Shown here piece by piece: positions 62,101 to 64,000 of a stretch of DNA of 64,000 bases. Numbering within the stretch: the stretch's first letter is position 1; each line of letters starts with the position of its first letter. The stretch is taken from the NCBI RefSeq assembly GCF_009914755.1, contig NC_060931.1, one strand, 5' to 3'. Under the pieces are notes generated by a model, which saw nothing but the letters and a program-made list of their open reading frames with translations, was not told where the DNA came from and did not search any database. The translations under genes and the position numbers were made by a program. The stretch is from the human T2T-CHM13v2.0 reference genome, Homo sapiens.

Positions 62101-64000
62101 TTCTTTGTGATGTGTGCGTTCAACTCACATAGTTTAACCTTTCTTTTCATAGAGCAGTTTGGAAACACTCTGTTTGTAAAGTCTGCAAGTGGATATATGG
62201 ACCGCATTGAGGCCTTCGTTGGAAACGGGATTTCTTCATTTCATGCTAGACAGAAGAATTCTCAGTAACTTCTTTGTGCTGTGTGTATTCAACTCACAGA
62301 GTGGAACGTCCCTTTACACAGAGCAGATTTGATACACTCTTTTTGTGGAGTTTGCAAGTGGAGATTTCAAGCGATTTGATGCCAACAGTAGAAAAGGAAA
62401 TATCTTCAAATAAAAACTAGACAGAATCATTCTCAGAAACTACTTTGTGATGTGTGCCTTCAACTCACAGAGTTTAACCTTTCTTTTCTTAGAGCAGTTT
62501 AGAAACACTCTGCTTGTTATGACTGCAAGTGGATATTTGGACCTCTTTGAGGCCTTCGTTGCAAACGGGGTTTCTTCCTTTCATGCTAGACTAAGAAGAG
62601 TTCTCAGTAACTTTTTTGTGTTGTGTGTATTAAACTCACAGAGTTGAACCTTGCTTTAGAGAGAGCAGATTTGAAACACTCTTGCTGTGGCATTTTCAGG
62701 TGGAGATTTCAAGCGATTTGAGGACAATTGCAGAAAAGGAAATATCTTCGTATAATAACCAGACAGAATCATTCTCAGAAAGTGCTTTGTGATGTGTGCG
62801 TTCAACTCACAGAGTTTAACCTTTCTTTTCATAGAGGAGTTTGGAAACACACTGTTTGTAAGGACTGCAAGTGGATATATGGACCTGTTTGAGGCCTTCG
62901 TTGGAAACGGGATTTCTTCATTGAATGCTAGACGGAAGAATTCTCAGTAAATTCTTTGTGTTGTGTGCATTCAACTCACAGAGTGGAACGTCCCTTTAGA
63001 CACAGCAGATTTGAAACACTCTTTTTGCGGAATTTGCAAGTGGAGATTTCTAGCCATTTGATGCCAACAGTAGAAAGGGAAATATCTTCAAATAAAAACC
63101 AGACAGAATCATTCTCAGCAAATTCTTTGTGATGTGTGCGTTCAACTCACATAGTTTAACCTTTCTTTTCATAGAGCAGTTTGGAAACACTCTGTTTGTA
63201 AAGTCTGCAAGTGGATATATGGACCGCATTGAGGCCTTCGTTGGAAACGGGATTTCTTCATTTCATGCTAGACAGAAGAATTCTCAGTAACTTCTTTGTG
63301 CTGTGTGTATTCAACTCACAGAGTGGAACGTCCCTTTCCACAGAGCAGATTTGAAACACTCTTTTTGTGGAGTTTGCAAGTGGAGATTTCAACCGATTTG
63401 ATGCCAACAGTAGAAAAGGAAATATCTTCAAATAAAAACTAGACAGAATCATTCTCAGAAACTACTTTGTGATGTGTGCCTTCAACTCACAGAGTTCAAC
63501 CTTTCTTTTCTTAGAGCAGTTTAGAAACACTCTGCTTGTTATGTCTGCAAGTGGATATTTGGACCTCTTTGAGGCCTTCGTTGCAAACGGGGTTTCTTCC
63601 TTTCATGCTAGACTAAGAAGAGTTCTCAGTAACTTTTTTGTGTTGTGTGTATTCAACTCACAGAGTTGAACCTTGCTTTAGAGAGAGCAGATTTGAAACA
63701 CTCTTGCTGTGGCATTTTCAGGTGGAGATTTCAAGCGATTTGAGGACAATTGCAGAAAAGGAAATATCTTCGTATAATAACCAGACAGAATCATTCTCAG
63801 AAAGTGCTTTGTGATGTGTGCGTTCAACTCACAGAGTTTAACCTTTCTTTTCATAGAGGAGTTTGGAAACACACTGTTTGTAAAGTCTGCAAGTGGATAC
63901 ATGGACCTGTTTGAGGCCTTCGTTGGAAACGGGATTTCTTCATTGAATGCTAGACGGAAGAATTCTCAGTAAATTCTTTGTGTTGTGTGCATTCAACTCA

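Larger units (their letters stand above)
1..64000 (+). repeat. Centromeric alpha-satellite higher-order repeat array; 1022-bp 6-mer HOR, about 62.6 tandem copies (about 375 monomers), dimeric SF1 type
   Basis: Typical alphoid monomer motifs recur every ~170 bp (CATTCTCAGAAA, TTCAACTCACAGAG, TTTGAAACACTCT, TGCAAGTGGA). Near-identical sequence recurs every 1022 bp: ORF-track starts run 105, 1127, 2149 ... 63469, and 63469-105 = 62 x 1022. All copies are in one orientation and the array runs off both window edges. Confidence 0.99.
1..64000 (+). repeat. D7Z1: Probable identity: human chromosome 7 active centromeric array D7Z1 (S1C7H1L)
   Basis: 6-mer SF1 HOR of 1022 bp. Two EcoRI sites per HOR (596, 936) give a 340-bp dimer and a 682-bp tetramer, as described for D7Z1. 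The segment GCTGTGGCATTTTCAGGTGG...AGCGATTTGAGGACAATTGC matches what I recall as chromosome-7-specific alphoid primer sequence. This is recognition from memory, not a database search. The main alternative 6-mer SF1 array is D1Z7/D5Z2/D19Z3. Confidence 0.88.
44032..64000 (+). repeat. 11-HOR (11242 bp) super-repeat: HOR44-52 recur as HOR55-63
   Basis: Rare variants pair at 11242 bp: 47262/58504, 47919/59161, 50557/61799, 46329/57571 and 46045/57287. The order of common variants and the ORF-track pattern also match (92-aa ORF at 47184 and 58426). Confidence 0.92.

Noticed and set aside
105-63902. Recurrent 63-92 aa ORFs on both strands (MMCAFNSQ..., MFPNSSMK..., MILSSFYL...)
   Set aside because: They are chance open frames in alpha satellite repeated with the 1022-bp period. 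Many start at GTG or TTG, they appear and vanish with single substitutions, and they show no recognisable domain or gene structure.
1-64000. CRISPR-like regularly spaced short repeats (e.g. TTCAACTCACAGAG every ~170 bp)
   Set aside because: The intervening sequence is itself repeated rather than unique spacers, there are no cas genes, and the sequence is eukaryotic satellite.
1-64000. Embedded L1/Alu insertion, inversion or non-alphoid island
   Set aside because: The exact 1022-bp phase and single orientation hold from end to end, leaving no room for an insertion.
1-64000. A previously undescribed protein- or RNA-coding biological system
   Set aside because: All sequence is explained by a well-known centromeric satellite. 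Any novelty is limited to the mutational and duplication patterns listed as findings.
44032-64000. 11-HOR duplication as a pure assembly artefact
   Set aside because: The two copies differ at several private sites, which argues against simple false duplication, although only spanning reads can exclude it.

Overview
The whole 64 kb window is one uninterrupted head-to-tail array of primate (almost certainly human) centromeric alpha-satellite DNA. It holds about 62.6 copies of a 1022-bp, 6-monomer higher-order repeat (HOR). Monomer lengths are 171/171/169/171/169/171, arranged as three B+A dimers with a CENP-B box in every second monomer, which is the dimeric suprachromosomal family 1 organisation. 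The best match is the chromosome 7 active array D7Z1. I see no genes, RNA genes, transposons, CRISPR arrays, inversions or net indels, and the ORF track only reflects the repeat. HOR n below starts at 86+1022*(n-1). The informative signal is in single-base variants between HOR copies. These show regional haplotype domains, nested multi-HOR duplications (periods of 3, 5, 11, 13 and 14 HORs), one hypermutated HOR that lost two CENP-B boxes, and the same substitutions recurring at homologous columns of different dimers. I found no evidence for a new protein-coding system. Variant calls were made by eye, so some may have been missed.
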